Assembly: GCA_002721755.1 (NCBI GenBank)
Contig: PBLL01000039.1
Span: 2,089-66,088 of the forward strand
Direction of reading: 5' to 3'
Length of the DNA stretch: 64,000 nucleotides
Origin: Actinomycetota bacterium
GTDB taxonomy: Bacteria; Actinomycetota; Acidimicrobiia; Acidimicrobiales; MedAcidi-G1
In this document: positions 28,297-38,060 of the stretch, in pieces
How the letters are laid out: each line of letters starts with the position of its first letter
Numbering within the stretch: position 1 is the first letter of the stretch
Position numbers and translations under genes: made by a program
Notes under the pieces: generated by a model
What the model was told of the DNA's origin: nothing
Databases searched by the model: none
The model's input: only the letters and a program-made list of their open reading frames with translations

Positions 28297-29541
28297 ATGC
28301 GTTGTGAGATAGTTGCAGTCGGAACTGAGATTCTTCTCGGTCAGATAGTTGATACTAATTCAGCTTGGATTTCAGAACGTTTAGCAGAAGCAGGTATCGA
28401 TTGTTATCTTCAAACCGTTGTAGGTGACAACTCAGAAAGAATGTCAAAAACTTTTGGAGACGCACTTGAAAGAGCGGATGCCCTGATAGTTACGGGTGGT
28501 CTCGGACCAACACAAGATGATTTAACTCGCCAAGTTGTAGCTGACTTGATGGGAGTGCAGCTTGAAAGAGACTTGGAGATAGTTGAGCGGATCAGGGAAC
28601 GTTTTTCTAACCGCGGAAGATCGATGCCGGACAATAATTTAAAACAAGCTGATATTCCTGTTGGTGCTCTGCCGATTCCAGAGATGCCGGGCACTGCCGC
28701 AGGTTTGATATGTCCGATGGAAGAGGGAAAAGTGATTTATGTTGTCCCTGGTGTCCCATCAGAGATGAAATTAATGCTTGAAGGGACCGTTATCCCCGAC
28801 CTTGTTTTACGATCAGGCGTGACTTCGGTAATAAGGTCAAGAGTTCTCAAAACTTGGGGCCACTCTGAATCGGGTCTCGCAGAAGATCTGGCAGAGGAAA
28901 TAGAGAGACTCGACGATGATGGTGAATTAACCCTTGCTTTCCAGGCAAGTGGTATAGAAGGTGTAAAGGTGCGAATAACGGCTAAAGCAACTGATAGAGA
29001 AAAGTCAGATTTACTTTTGGATAGTGAAGAGGATATTTTACGAGGCTTGATAGGGGATTATATTTTCGCGGTTGATGATGCGACCATGGAGTCAGTGATT
29101 CTGGATTTGCTTAGGTCTCAGTCACTAACTTTCGCTACTGCGGAATCACTTACCGGAGGAATGATTGGAACCAGACTGACTGAAGTTCCCGGATCAAGTG
29201 ATTCGTATATAGGGTCAATAGTCGCTTATGAAGGTGATTTAAAAAATTCTTTGCTAGATGTTTCCAAGGATGTGCCGGTTGTCAGTCAAGAGGCAGTAGA
29301 AGCAATGGCGTTGGGGGTTTGCAAACTTTTTGGAGCTGATGTTTCAGTTGCTGCAACTGGAGTGGCAGGTCCTTCTCCACACGATGGACAGGAAGTAGGA
29401 ACTGTTTGGATGGCCAGCAATATAGGAGGTCAAGTAGAATCGTTTAAGGTTGTTTTCCCTTTTGACAGGACCCAAGTAAGACAATTTACTGTAATCACAG
29501 TATTAAACGCTCTTCGTAAGCGTCTTGAGTCACTTCAGTAG
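28297..29541 (+). CDS. cinA: Competence/damage-inducible protein CinA (with PncC NMN deamidase domain)
   Basis: VGTEILLG, GGLGPTQDDLT, AESLTGG, TGVAGP. Confidence 0.95.
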   Translation: MRCEIVAVGTEILLGQIVDTNSAWISERLAEAGIDCYLQTVVGDNSERMSKTFGDALERADALIVTGGLGPTQDDLTRQVVADLMGVQLERDLEIVERIRERFSNRGRSMPDNNLKQADIPVGALPIPEMPGTAAGLICPMEEGKVIYVVPGVPSEMKLMLEGTVIPDLVLRSGVTSVIRSRVLKTWGHSESGLAEDLAEEIERLDDDGELTLAFQASGIEGVKVRITAKATDREKSDLLLDSEEDILRGLIGDYIFAVDDATMESVILDLLRSQSLTFATAESLTGGMIGTRLTEVPGSSDSYIGSIVAYEGDLKNSLLDVSKDVPVVSQEAVEAMALGVCKLFGADVSVAATGVAGPSPHDGQEVGTVWMASNIGGQVESFKVVFPFDRTQVRQFTVITVLNALRKRLESLQ

Positions 29542-29580
29542 ATTCTCAAAATTTTCTACAAATTAGCAAGCCTTGATGTA

Positions 29581-29985
29581 TCAGTCGGGCATCAACTGCA
29601 AACAGGCTGAGTTAATACAAAATCGTTGCCCTGTGGGTTGGGGACCATCAGGAAAAACGTGTCCCAGATGAGCTCCGCATGATGAACATGCCACTTCGAT
29701 TCTTTGCATCCCATGACTGTTGTCAATTTTTGTTTCCAGCAAATTTTCGTCAATGGGACTCCAAAAGCTGGGCCAACCACTACCGGAATCATATTTTTCT
29801 CGACTGTGAAAAAGGTTCTCATTACAGACGATGCATTTATAGGTTCCCTGGGTTTTTTCATCTGTATAAATCCCTGTAAAAGGCGGTTCAGTGCCAGCTT
29901 CTTGAGTGCAGTGGTATGACATTTCGGATAATCGTTCTTTAAGGGAATTTCTGTCAGTATTGGGCTTCTCGTCATTTGAAGTCAT
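29581..29985 (-). CDS. msrB: Peptide-methionine (R)-S-oxide reductase
   Basis: [32 protein letters not shown]. Confidence 0.97.
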   Translation of the reverse strand: MTSNDEKPNTDRNSLKERLSEMSYHCTQEAGTEPPFTGIYTDEKTQGTYKCIVCNENLFHSREKYDSGSGWPSFWSPIDENLLETKIDNSHGMQRIEVACSSCGAHLGHVFPDGPQPTGQRFCINSACLQLMPD

Positions 29986-30043
29986 AGGGAAAAGTTACCA
30001 AAGAAAGTGTCATTTAATAAAAAATTTCACGAAATGCTTGCAA

Positions 30044-30057
30044 CGAACACATGTTCG
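30044..30057. promoter_or_regulatory. LexA (SOS/Cheo) box upstream of recA
   Basis: CGAAC-ACAT-GTTCG, between putative -35 TTGCAA (30038) and -10 TACGCT (30062). Confidence 0.9.
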
Positions 30058-30105
30058 CAATTACGCTTATGTTATTAGCACGGTTTAATAGCTGTTTATA
30101 AGAAC

Positions 30106-30127
30106 TGTCACACCGGTTTCTTATTGT
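30106..30127 (+). promoter_or_regulatory. Putative RecA-NDp/PafBC-type promoter
   Basis: TGTCAC-N10-TATTGT, compared with mycobacterial TGTCGG-N10-TANNNT. Confidence 0.55.
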
Positions 30128-30211
30128 TAATCAAAGCAGATTACGGCTTTTTCGTAATATGCGGGAGTTCTATTTAAAGAAGTAGTTAATGGAAATGAAT
30201 GGAGAAATAAG

Positions 30212-31357
30212 ATGAGTAAGGCGGGTAAGGGAACAAAGACTCAAGACGCTCAGGCTAATTTTGATGCACGAGCAGCTGATAACAATGAAAGAGTAAAAGC
30301 CCTCGATAACACCTTAGGTCAGATTGAAAAGCAATTTGGGCAAGGAGCGGTCATGAAAATGGGCGATAAAGGTTCCATGTCCGTAGAAAGTGTTCCGACA
30401 GGAGCTTTGGCTCTTGATCTTGCTCTTGGAATAGGTGGAATGCCTAGGGGCAGAATAGCCGAAATCTTCGGTCCTGAAGGTTCTGGAAAAACTACATTAG
30501 CTACACATGTTGTAGCCGAAGCCCAAAGGAATGGTGGGATATGCGCTTATATAGATGCAGAGCACGCAATGGACCCTGTTTACGCTAAAGCAATTGGTGT
30601 GGATGTAGATGAATTATTAATCTCACAGCCAGATACAGGCGAACAGGCACTTGAGATTGCAGACATGCTTATTCGTTCAGGGGCTCTCGACGTGGTTGTA
30701 ATCGATTCTGTAGCAGCATTAACTCCTCGAGCTGAAATAGAGGGGGATATGGGTGATACACATGTAGGCCTACAGGCTCGTTTAATGTCTCAAGCGCTTA
30801 GAAAGTTGACTTCGAATCTAAATAAGTCGAAGACAATCTGTATTTTCATAAACCAATTGCGTGAAAAAATTGGTGTAATGTTCGGTTCTCCGGAAACGAC
30901 CCCTGGTGGACGAGCTCTGAAATTTTATTCTTCAGTTCGTCTTGATATAAGAAGAATAGAAGCGATCAAGGATGGAACTGAAATAGTGGGTAACCGCACA
31001 CGAGTAAAAGTTGTAAAGAATAAATGTGCGCCACCTTTCCGTCAAGCTGAATTTGACATTATGTATGGCGCAGGAATTAGTAGAGAAGGTTCAGTTATAG
31101 ATCTCGGCGCTGATCTTGACATAGTCAAGAAATCAGGTGCCTGGTATACCTATGAGGGTGAACAACTTGGTCAAGGAAGGGAGAACGCTAAACGCTTCCT
31201 TGCTGAAAATCCTGAAGTCATGGTCGAAATAACTGATCGGGTTTGGCGTGAGGCCATGCCGGAAAACGAGGATTTAAAAGAAACAGTTGATGAAAATGGT
31301 GAGTTGGTGGACGAGTTCACAGAAACTGACGACCTTCCGATCGAACTTGAAGAGTAA
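30212..31357 (+). CDS. recA: Recombinase A
   Basis: [38 protein letters not shown]. Confidence 0.99.
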   Translation: MSKAGKGTKTQDAQANFDARAADNNERVKALDNTLGQIEKQFGQGAVMKMGDKGSMSVESVPTGALALDLALGIGGMPRGRIAEIFGPEGSGKTTLATHVVAEAQRNGGICAYIDAEHAMDPVYAKAIGVDVDELLISQPDTGEQALEIADMLIRSGALDVVVIDSVAALTPRAEIEGDMGDTHVGLQARLMSQALRKLTSNLNKSKTICIFINQLREKIGVMFGSPETTPGGRALKFYSSVRLDIRRIEAIKDGTEIVGNRTRVKVVKNKCAPPFRQAEFDIMYGAGISREGSVIDLGADLDIVKKSGAWYTYEGEQLGQGRENAKRFLAENPEVMVEITDRVWREAMPENEDLKETVDENGELVDEFTETDDLPIELEE

Positions 31358-31430
31358 AACATCTTTGTTCAAGAATTAAATCAATGCTTGTTTCTTAGTA
31401 AGTTTCAGTAACTTGACCTAGCCTTAATGT

Positions 31431-32906
31431 ATGAGGCGCCGAACGTATACGGTGCGCACCTACGGGTGCCAGATGAACGAACATGACAGTGAGCGTATAT
31501 CCGGCTTGTTAGAAGCCGATGGCATGGTTCCTGCTGCCTCAGAAGAGGAAGCAGATGTAATAGTACTGAATACTTGTTGCATACGAGAAAATGCTGATAA
31601 TCGCCTCTATGGCGCCTTAGGGAATTTGAAAACCTTGAAATCTGAGAGACCTGAACTTCAAATAGCAGTTGGAGGTTGTTTAGCACAAAAAGATCGTGAG
31701 TTAATTCAAAAGCGAGCTAAGCATGTTGACGTCGTTTTTGGAACTCATAATGTCCAAAATGCAGTAAAGCTATTGAAAAAATCTCAAAATGAAGGACCCG
31801 TAATCGAGATCCTAGAAGAGATAGTTGAGGGTGATTATGAGGCCTTTCCTTCTGCTCTTCCCATTAGAAGAGAGGTAGACCATCGGGCTTGGATGACGAT
31901 TCAAATTGGTTGTGATAATACATGCACTTACTGCATAGTACCTTCGGTGCGTGGACCAGAGCTCAGTCGACCTTTCGGCCAATTGTTGGATGAGGCTAAG
32001 AATTTTGCATTACAAGGAGTGACTGAGATCACTTTGCTTGGTCAAAATGTCAATTCGTATGGTCGTGATTTGACAAAGAATTTGAAACGAAACAATCTTT
32101 CTGATTTTGATATTTATCAGGCAGGATCACTTTGGGCTAATGACGAAAATCGCAGGATTAAACCACTTTTTGGTGACTTATTGAAAAGCATTGGTTCCAT
32201 TGAAGGAATTCAAAGAGTTCGTTTTATAAGTCCACATCCTAAAGACTTGACCTTAGAAATCGTAGATGCAATGTCCACAACAGGAAGTGTCTGTGAGCAT
32301 TTGCATCTTCCACTGCAATCGGGCAGCGATTCAATTTTGTCGGCTATGCATCGTGGTTATACGGGTGAAAGATTTTTGACAAAAGTGCAGCAAGCGCGTA
32401 GTGAGATTCAAGATCTGTCAGTAACAACAGATCTGATTGTCGGTTTTCCTGGCGAAACTGAAGATGATTTCGAAGACACCCTCGAGGTAGTTGCGGAAGC
32501 TTCTTTTGATTCGGCATATACTTTTATTTTTTCTCAACGACCTGGTACTGCAGCAGCGGAGATGGATTCTAAATTTATAGACCATGATGTGGCTGTGAGA
32601 CGCTATGAGACTTTGAGACATCTTGTAAATAGATCTGCTTTGTTAAAACACAAAGAACGTATTGGTCGGATGGAGGAAGTCTTAGTTGAAGGTAAGTCTA
32701 AGAAAGGGACAGATTTAATTACAGCTCGAACACGACAGAATAAGGTTCTTCATTTGGAATCACATGCAGAACTTAAATCTGGAACTTACGCCCAAGTTGA
32801 AGTTACGGATGCGACCTATAACTACCTGGTTGGTGAGTTGAGAGAAGTAATCGCTGTTCCCACACATCGTAAACGTATACCCGTAATGGCTGAGCAAAGT
32901 GCCTGA
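31431..32906 (+). CDS. miaB: tRNA-2-methylthio-N6-dimethylallyladenosine synthase
   Basis: TYGCQMNEHDSE, CDNTCTYC, TRAM domain; next to miaA. Confidence 0.96.
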   Translation: MRRRTYTVRTYGCQMNEHDSERISGLLEADGMVPAASEEEADVIVLNTCCIRENADNRLYGALGNLKTLKSERPELQIAVGGCLAQKDRELIQKRAKHVDVVFGTHNVQNAVKLLKKSQNEGPVIEILEEIVEGDYEAFPSALPIRREVDHRAWMTIQIGCDNTCTYCIVPSVRGPELSRPFGQLLDEAKNFALQGVTEITLLGQNVNSYGRDLTKNLKRNNLSDFDIYQAGSLWANDENRRIKPLFGDLLKSIGSIEGIQRVRFISPHPKDLTLEIVDAMSTTGSVCEHLHLPLQSGSDSILSAMHRGYTGERFLTKVQQARSEIQDLSVTTDLIVGFPGETEDDFEDTLEVVAEASFDSAYTFIFSQRPGTAAAEMDSKFIDHDVAVRRYETLRHLVNRSALLKHKERIGRMEEVLVEGKSKKGTDLITARTRQNKVLHLESHAELKSGTYAQVEVTDATYNYLVGELREVIAVPTHRKRIPVMAEQSA

Positions 32907-33858
32907 AGAAAATGAAGGTATTACTCTAAACGGAAGTTTGTTTTTAGTAGGTGCTACTGCTTCAGGAAAATCATCACTGGCGATTGAGTTAGCACGCCTT
33001 CGACCGGAGGTGGAAATAGTTTCTATCGACTCGATGGCAATTTATAGAGGGATGAATATAGGCACTGCAACTCCAACTATGGCCGAGCAAGAGGAAGTGC
33101 CCCATCATGTAATAAATATCGTTGATCCTTCGGAGGACTTTGCTCTTCCGCTTTTTCAAGTTGCAGTTAAAGAGTCTCTAGAGGCAATCTCAGAACGGGG
33201 TCATAGAGCAGTTTTGGTAGGCGGAACAGGGTTGCATGTCAGAGCGATTGTTGACAGTTTGGAAGTACCTCCTAGGTTCTTGGATGTCAGAGATGAAATA
33301 GAGTCAATAGAAGAAACTTCTTTTTTATATGAAAAATTGAAAGATTTGGATTCAGTAGCGGCTGAAAAAATAGAATCAGGCAACCGTAGACGTATCGTAA
33401 GAGCGCTTGAAGTCACTCTGGGAAGTGGTCGTCCGTTTTCTTCTTTTGGACCTGGTCTTGACGTTTATCCACTTTCTCCTTTCACGCAGATAGGGATAAG
33501 GCTCCCTAGAGAGTTGAATGACGACAGGATCGCTAAAAGGTATCAAAGGCAAATAGAAGAGGGATTCGTCGAGGAAGTTAGGAGTTTGAGTGACGGGGGT
33601 AAAGAGCTTTCAAAAACGGCATCTCAAGCTCTCGGGTATAAAGAAATAATTTCTTATATAAATGGGGAATGCACCCTTGAAGATGCAATCGATTCAGCTA
33701 TTTCATCAACACGACGTTTTGCTAGACGTCAAGAGAGGTGGTTTAGAAGGGATCCTAGGATCGAATGGCTGGATGTTGCAGATGAACCCCTTGAAGTTCT
33801 TGATCAAGTGATCAAGAGATTTGATGCAATTGGACAAAATACTTTTAATGAAGTGTAA
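32899..33858 (+). CDS. miaA: tRNA dimethylallyltransferase
   Basis: GATASGKS, DSMAIYRGMNIGTA, RRIVRALE, QALGYKE. Confidence 0.96.
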   Translation: MPEENEGITLNGSLFLVGATASGKSSLAIELARLRPEVEIVSIDSMAIYRGMNIGTATPTMAEQEEVPHHVINIVDPSEDFALPLFQVAVKESLEAISERGHRAVLVGGTGLHVRAIVDSLEVPPRFLDVRDEIESIEETSFLYEKLKDLDSVAAEKIESGNRRRIVRALEVTLGSGRPFSSFGPGLDVYPLSPFTQIGIRLPRELNDDRIAKRYQRQIEEGFVEEVRSLSDGGKELSKTASQALGYKEIISYINGECTLEDAIDSAISSTRRFARRQERWFRRDPRIEWLDVADEPLEVLDQVIKRFDAIGQNTFNEV

Positions 33859-33888
33859 AAGTCAGGTATTTTCTGTGAAACTAGCTAC

Positions 33889-34692
33889 ATGGAATTAACA
33901 AGGCACCATGGGCTTGGAAATGTTTTTCTAATTTCCTTTTTAGATGATCTACCAGAAGATCCGGCTGGATTAGCTCAAAAATATTGTGACCCTGAGAAAG
34001 GGATTGGTGCTGATGGTCTGATAATTGGTACTCCTTCCTCTGAAAAGTCGAATGCTGTTAATCGATTCCATCTTTTTAATAAGGACGGAGGGCGCGCGGA
34101 ACTTAGCGGCAATGGTCTCAGATGCTTTGCTCAGGCTTTATCGATGGCATCGAAACTTGAAGACATAACTTTTTATGTTGAAACAGATGTTGGGTTGAGA
34201 ATGTTAAAAATTGAAGAGTTATTGAATGAAAATGAAATGTTGGTGACAGCTGAAATTGGGGAAGCCTCTATTTCAGAGAATCTTGATTCCGACCAATTCG
34301 AGCAAGAATTCAAAATTCTAAGAGCTGCAAAAGTAGATGTAGGTAATCCTCATCTGGTTGCAGAAGTAAGGGATATAGATGGGGTTGATTTAGAGCAGTT
34401 TGCTGTTCGCGAAAATGAAATTGCATCGCCTATTGGTATCAATGTGCACTTACTGGAAATCGACGACCCATCTAATATAAGAATAAGAACATGGGAGCGT
34501 GGAGTTGGTCTTACAGAAGCTTGTGGAACAGGAGCATGTGCATCGGCTTTTGCGGCTTCAAAGTGGGGGCAGGTTGAAGCCAGAGTTAATGTCCATATGT
34601 CAGGAGGAAGCGGAATCGTTGATATGGGTCAATCGATAAAACTTTCAGGTCTAACTACCTTTATAGATAGGCATCAGGTGGGTGATGGGTAG
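33889..34692 (+). CDS. dapF: Diaminopimelate epimerase (first catalytic Cys replaced by Ser)
   Basis: HGLGN, GIGADG, SGNGLRC, VGNPH, ERGVGLTEACGTG; miaA-dapF-hflX synteny. Confidence 0.9.
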   Translation: MELTRHHGLGNVFLISFLDDLPEDPAGLAQKYCDPEKGIGADGLIIGTPSSEKSNAVNRFHLFNKDGGRAELSGNGLRCFAQALSMASKLEDITFYVETDVGLRMLKIEELLNENEMLVTAEIGEASISENLDSDQFEQEFKILRAAKVDVGNPHLVAEVRDIDGVDLEQFAVRENEIASPIGINVHLLEIDDPSNIRIRTWERGVGLTEACGTGACASAFAASKWGQVEARVNVHMSGGSGIVDMGQSIKLSGLTTFIDRHQVGDG

Positions 34693-36046
34693 ATCGTTTA
34701 GTGACGATCAATTTGATAGTGAAGAAACCCATAGAGGAGGTTTCGGTGAGTTTGCAGGTGAAGAACGCGGTCTAATCGATCGCTCATTCAGAGAACGAAT
34801 TGTTCTGGCAGGTGTGTCATTGGAAGGTGTAGATAGGGAAATTACAGAGTCATCTCTTGAAGAACTAGCAAGACTCGTCGATACAGCAGGAGCAGATACT
34901 GTTGCTCAAATAGTGCAAAACAGACAGACTCCAGATAAGGCCACTTTCGTGGGTAATGGTAAAGCTCAAGAAATACGTGCTGTTTCTGAAGAGTATGATG
35001 CAGACACAGTTGTTTTCGATAATGAGTTAACACCCGCTCAACAAAGAAATTTAGAAGGAATATTAAAACGTTCAGCCCTTGATAGGACAGCAGTCATTCT
35101 TGATATTTTTGCTCAGAATGCAAGCAGTTTAGAAGGCAAAGCTCAAGTAGAGCTTGCGCAATTACGTTACCGATTACCTCGACTAAGAAAATCAAGTCGT
35201 GATTTCAGTCAGCAAGCTGGAGGGATAGGAACAAGAGGCCCAGGAGAAACTCAGTTGGAAGTTGACCGACGAAGACTTATGCGTCGTGTTCGTCGCTTAG
35301 AACAAGATATCAACAAGTTGCGTCGACATCGTTCGACTCAGTCAAAGGCCAGATCTAAGACAAGTAATAGGTCTGTAGCGATTGTTGGTTATACGAATGC
35401 TGGAAAATCTACACTTTTAAATAGGCTCACTGACGCTGGAGTATTAGTTGAAGATCGTTTGTTTGCAACTCTCGACACCACAACTCGTAGGATGCAACTA
35501 CCTGGAGGTGAGGCAGTCTATCTAACTGACACGGTCGGATTTGTGAGGAATCTCCCTCACCAATTGGTCGAGGCGTTTAAAGCAACTTTAGATGTGGTGG
35601 TTGAAGCAGACTTGTTATTGCATGTTACTGATGTTTCAGACCCAGATCCGGAAGGATGCATAATGGCCGTGCGACAAGTTTTGAGTGCTATTGGGGCTTC
35701 TGAAGTACCCGAGTTGATGGTTTTCAATAAAATTGACCAGTCAAAAGGCGTGGATCAAAAACTTTTCAAAAGAGATGAGAACTGTGTGTCTGTTTCTGCT
35801 TCAACTGGTGAAGGTATAGAAGAATTATTAAACAAATTAGCGTTCTTGCTTAGAAAATCAGAAAGAATAATTACATTAAAGGTTCCGTTCGATAGAGGTG
35901 ATATAAGGGCGATGGCTCATCGAGAGGGTTTTGTAATGAAAGAAGATTTAGAGGAATCTAATTGGATTATTGAAGTTCGGGCGGATAAAAGCTCTATAGG
36001 CAGGCTTGAGCAATTTCAAACTGACTTGGATCCCTCAGAGATTTGA
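34682..36046 (+). CDS. hflX: GTPase HflX
   Basis: GPGETQLE, GYTNAGKS, LFATLD, DTVGF, NKID. Confidence 0.97.
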   Translation: MMGRSFSDDQFDSEETHRGGFGEFAGEERGLIDRSFRERIVLAGVSLEGVDREITESSLEELARLVDTAGADTVAQIVQNRQTPDKATFVGNGKAQEIRAVSEEYDADTVVFDNELTPAQQRNLEGILKRSALDRTAVILDIFAQNASSLEGKAQVELAQLRYRLPRLRKSSRDFSQQAGGIGTRGPGETQLEVDRRRLMRRVRRLEQDINKLRRHRSTQSKARSKTSNRSVAIVGYTNAGKSTLLNRLTDAGVLVEDRLFATLDTTTRRMQLPGGEAVYLTDTVGFVRNLPHQLVEAFKATLDVVVEADLLLHVTDVSDPDPEGCIMAVRQVLSAIGASEVPELMVFNKIDQSKGVDQKLFKRDENCVSVSASTGEGIEELLNKLAFLLRKSERIITLKVPFDRGDIRAMAHREGFVMKEDLEESNWIIEVRADKSSIGRLEQFQTDLDPSEI

Positions 36047-37173
36047 AAGATGAAGTAAAGGAAATGTTCGTTCCACCTCCGTACCCCTATGAACAACTTA
36101 ATGAATTTAGAGTTGCAGCTGAGTCCCTACCGGGTGGTGCTGTGGATTTGTCGATAGGAACTCCATGTGATCCAGTGCCTGAAATAGTCAGCAAAGCCTT
36201 TGTTTCCGATTCGAGTATTGAATCAGCACGCCCTTATCCCGCTTCAGTTGGAAGTGATGATTTCCTCAAGGCAGTTTCTGAATGGTTGAATCGATCTCTT
36301 CAAGTTGAAATTCCCCAAACTTCTATAGGGGCGTGCATCGGGACTAAGGAGATTGTTACTGGCATACCCTCGCTTCTTAAACTTCGCACTCCCGCTAAAG
36401 ACACTGTTTTGTATCCAGCAGTTTCATATCCTTCTTATTTGATGGGGGCACAATTGGCTAGCTGTCGTTCTGTCGCAGTTCCAGTTGATGACAACTGGCG
36501 GATTGACCTTTCAGGAATCGATGAGGCAGATATCGAACGGGCTCTTTGCCTATGGGTTAATAGTCCAGGTAATCCTGCAGGAGCTATTGAGAATTTAGCA
36601 ATGACAGCCGAGTGGGGTAGAGCAAATGAAGTGACTGTCATTTCAGATGAGTGTTATGTGGAATTCACTTGGGACAGTGACCCTAAGTCGATTCTTCAAG
36701 AAACCAAGAAAGGTGTAATAGCGGTTCACTCTCTTTCTAAGCGTTCAAATTTGGCTGGGATGAGGGTTGGGTTTTATGCAGGGGATGAGGAAATCGTCGG
36801 GTATTTGCGTGAAGTTAGAAAACATCAAGGTTTTATGCTTCCCGGACCAGCACAAATGGCTGGGATAGCAGCTTTAAGTGACCAGACACATGTTGAAATC
36901 CAGAAAAAGTTGTATTTCGAGAGACTTTCCAAATTGATTGAAATTTTCAGATCTCTGGGAATCCAAGCAGTTATGCCGAAAGGATCTTTTTATTTATGGA
37001 TAGAGACGCCTGATGTCGATGAATGGGGTCTAGTAGAAATGTTGGCAAAAAATATCGGAATGGTTGTCACTCCTGGGGAGTTCTTTGGCGATCAAGGTAA
37101 AGGTCATATAAGAGTTGCCGCTGTAGCTGCGGACGATCGAATCGAATTATTAGCGCAAAGAGCAGGGGTTTAG
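36043..37173 (+). CDS. dapC: Succinyldiaminopimelate transaminase
   Basis: DLSIGTP.DP, NSPGNPAG, SDECY, HSLSKRSN; upstream of dapD-dapE. Confidence 0.88.
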   Translation: MKDEVKEMFVPPPYPYEQLNEFRVAAESLPGGAVDLSIGTPCDPVPEIVSKAFVSDSSIESARPYPASVGSDDFLKAVSEWLNRSLQVEIPQTSIGACIGTKEIVTGIPSLLKLRTPAKDTVLYPAVSYPSYLMGAQLASCRSVAVPVDDNWRIDLSGIDEADIERALCLWVNSPGNPAGAIENLAMTAEWGRANEVTVISDECYVEFTWDSDPKSILQETKKGVIAVHSLSKRSNLAGMRVGFYAGDEEIVGYLREVRKHQGFMLPGPAQMAGIAALSDQTHVEIQKKLYFERLSKLIEIFRSLGIQAVMPKGSFYLWIETPDVDEWGLVEMLAKNIGMVVTPGEFFGDQGKGHIRVAAVAADDRIELLAQRAGV

Positions 37174-37217
37174 CAAAAACTTGCTTCCTAACTCGAGATT
37201 AAGAGGTAATCTCAGGT

Positions 37218-38042
37218 ATGAACGATTTAGCCAAAGAGATAGAAGATATCTGGCAAAAAAGAGAAGAATTGGCAATTGGGGATTTGGAAGCTAATTCGCT
37301 GATTCATAGTGCTATTAATTTGCTGGATACCGGTGAAGAGAGAGTAGCTGTCTATGACCCTGAAAACGGTGTACAGGTAAATGAATGGTTGAAACTTGCA
37401 ATATTATTGCTTTTCCGTCAATCTGAAATGTCGACTCAGGAGGTAGGTCCCTTCGAATTTGTCGACAAAATACCTTTGAAGAAAGATTATTCTGAACGTC
37501 ACGTAAGAGTCGTGCCGGGTGCATCCGCCCGGTGGGGGAGTTATCAAGCGCCAGGGGTTGTAATGATGCCCAGTTACGTAAACATCGGAGCTTATGTAGG
37601 CGAAAACACGATGGTTGATACTTGGGCAACAGTTGGATCATGCGCGCAAATAGGTAAAAATGTGCACCTCTCCGGCGGTGTGGGCATTGGTGGTGTTCTG
37701 GAACCACCCAATGCCGTTCCAGTTTTTATTGGTGATGAGTGCCTTATAGGCAGTAGATGCATAGTTGCAGAAGGGGCTTCTGTGGGTGAAGGCTCAGTGC
37801 TTGGAGCAGGGGCCGTTTTAACTGGTTCTATACCAGTCATTGAAGCTGAAACCGGTGAAGAGATAAGTAGGGGAGTTGTTCCACCATGGTGTGTAGCTGT
37901 CCAAGCAAGTCGTGAGCGGGAATTCAGCGGAGGCACTTTCGGATTGCCGTGTGTTTTGGTTGTCAGGTATTTAGAGCCAGGAGAAAGACATGATAAGTCG
38001 ACCCTGAATGAAGTTTTACGCACACATGGAGTTACAACTTGA
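37218..38042 (+). CDS. dapD: Tetrahydrodipicolinate N-succinyltransferase
   Basis: DKIPLK, RVVP, MPSYVNIGAYV, MVDTWATVGSCAQIG, GGVLEP. Confidence 0.95.
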   Translation: MNDLAKEIEDIWQKREELAIGDLEANSLIHSAINLLDTGEERVAVYDPENGVQVNEWLKLAILLLFRQSEMSTQEVGPFEFVDKIPLKKDYSERHVRVVPGASARWGSYQAPGVVMMPSYVNIGAYVGENTMVDTWATVGSCAQIGKNVHLSGGVGIGGVLEPPNAVPVFIGDECLIGSRCIVAEGASVGEGSVLGAGAVLTGSIPVIEAETGEEISRGVVPPWCVAVQASREREFSGGTFGLPCVLVVRYLEPGERHDKSTLNEVLRTHGVTT

Positions 38043-38060
38043 GTATCGGATGGTGTTGCC

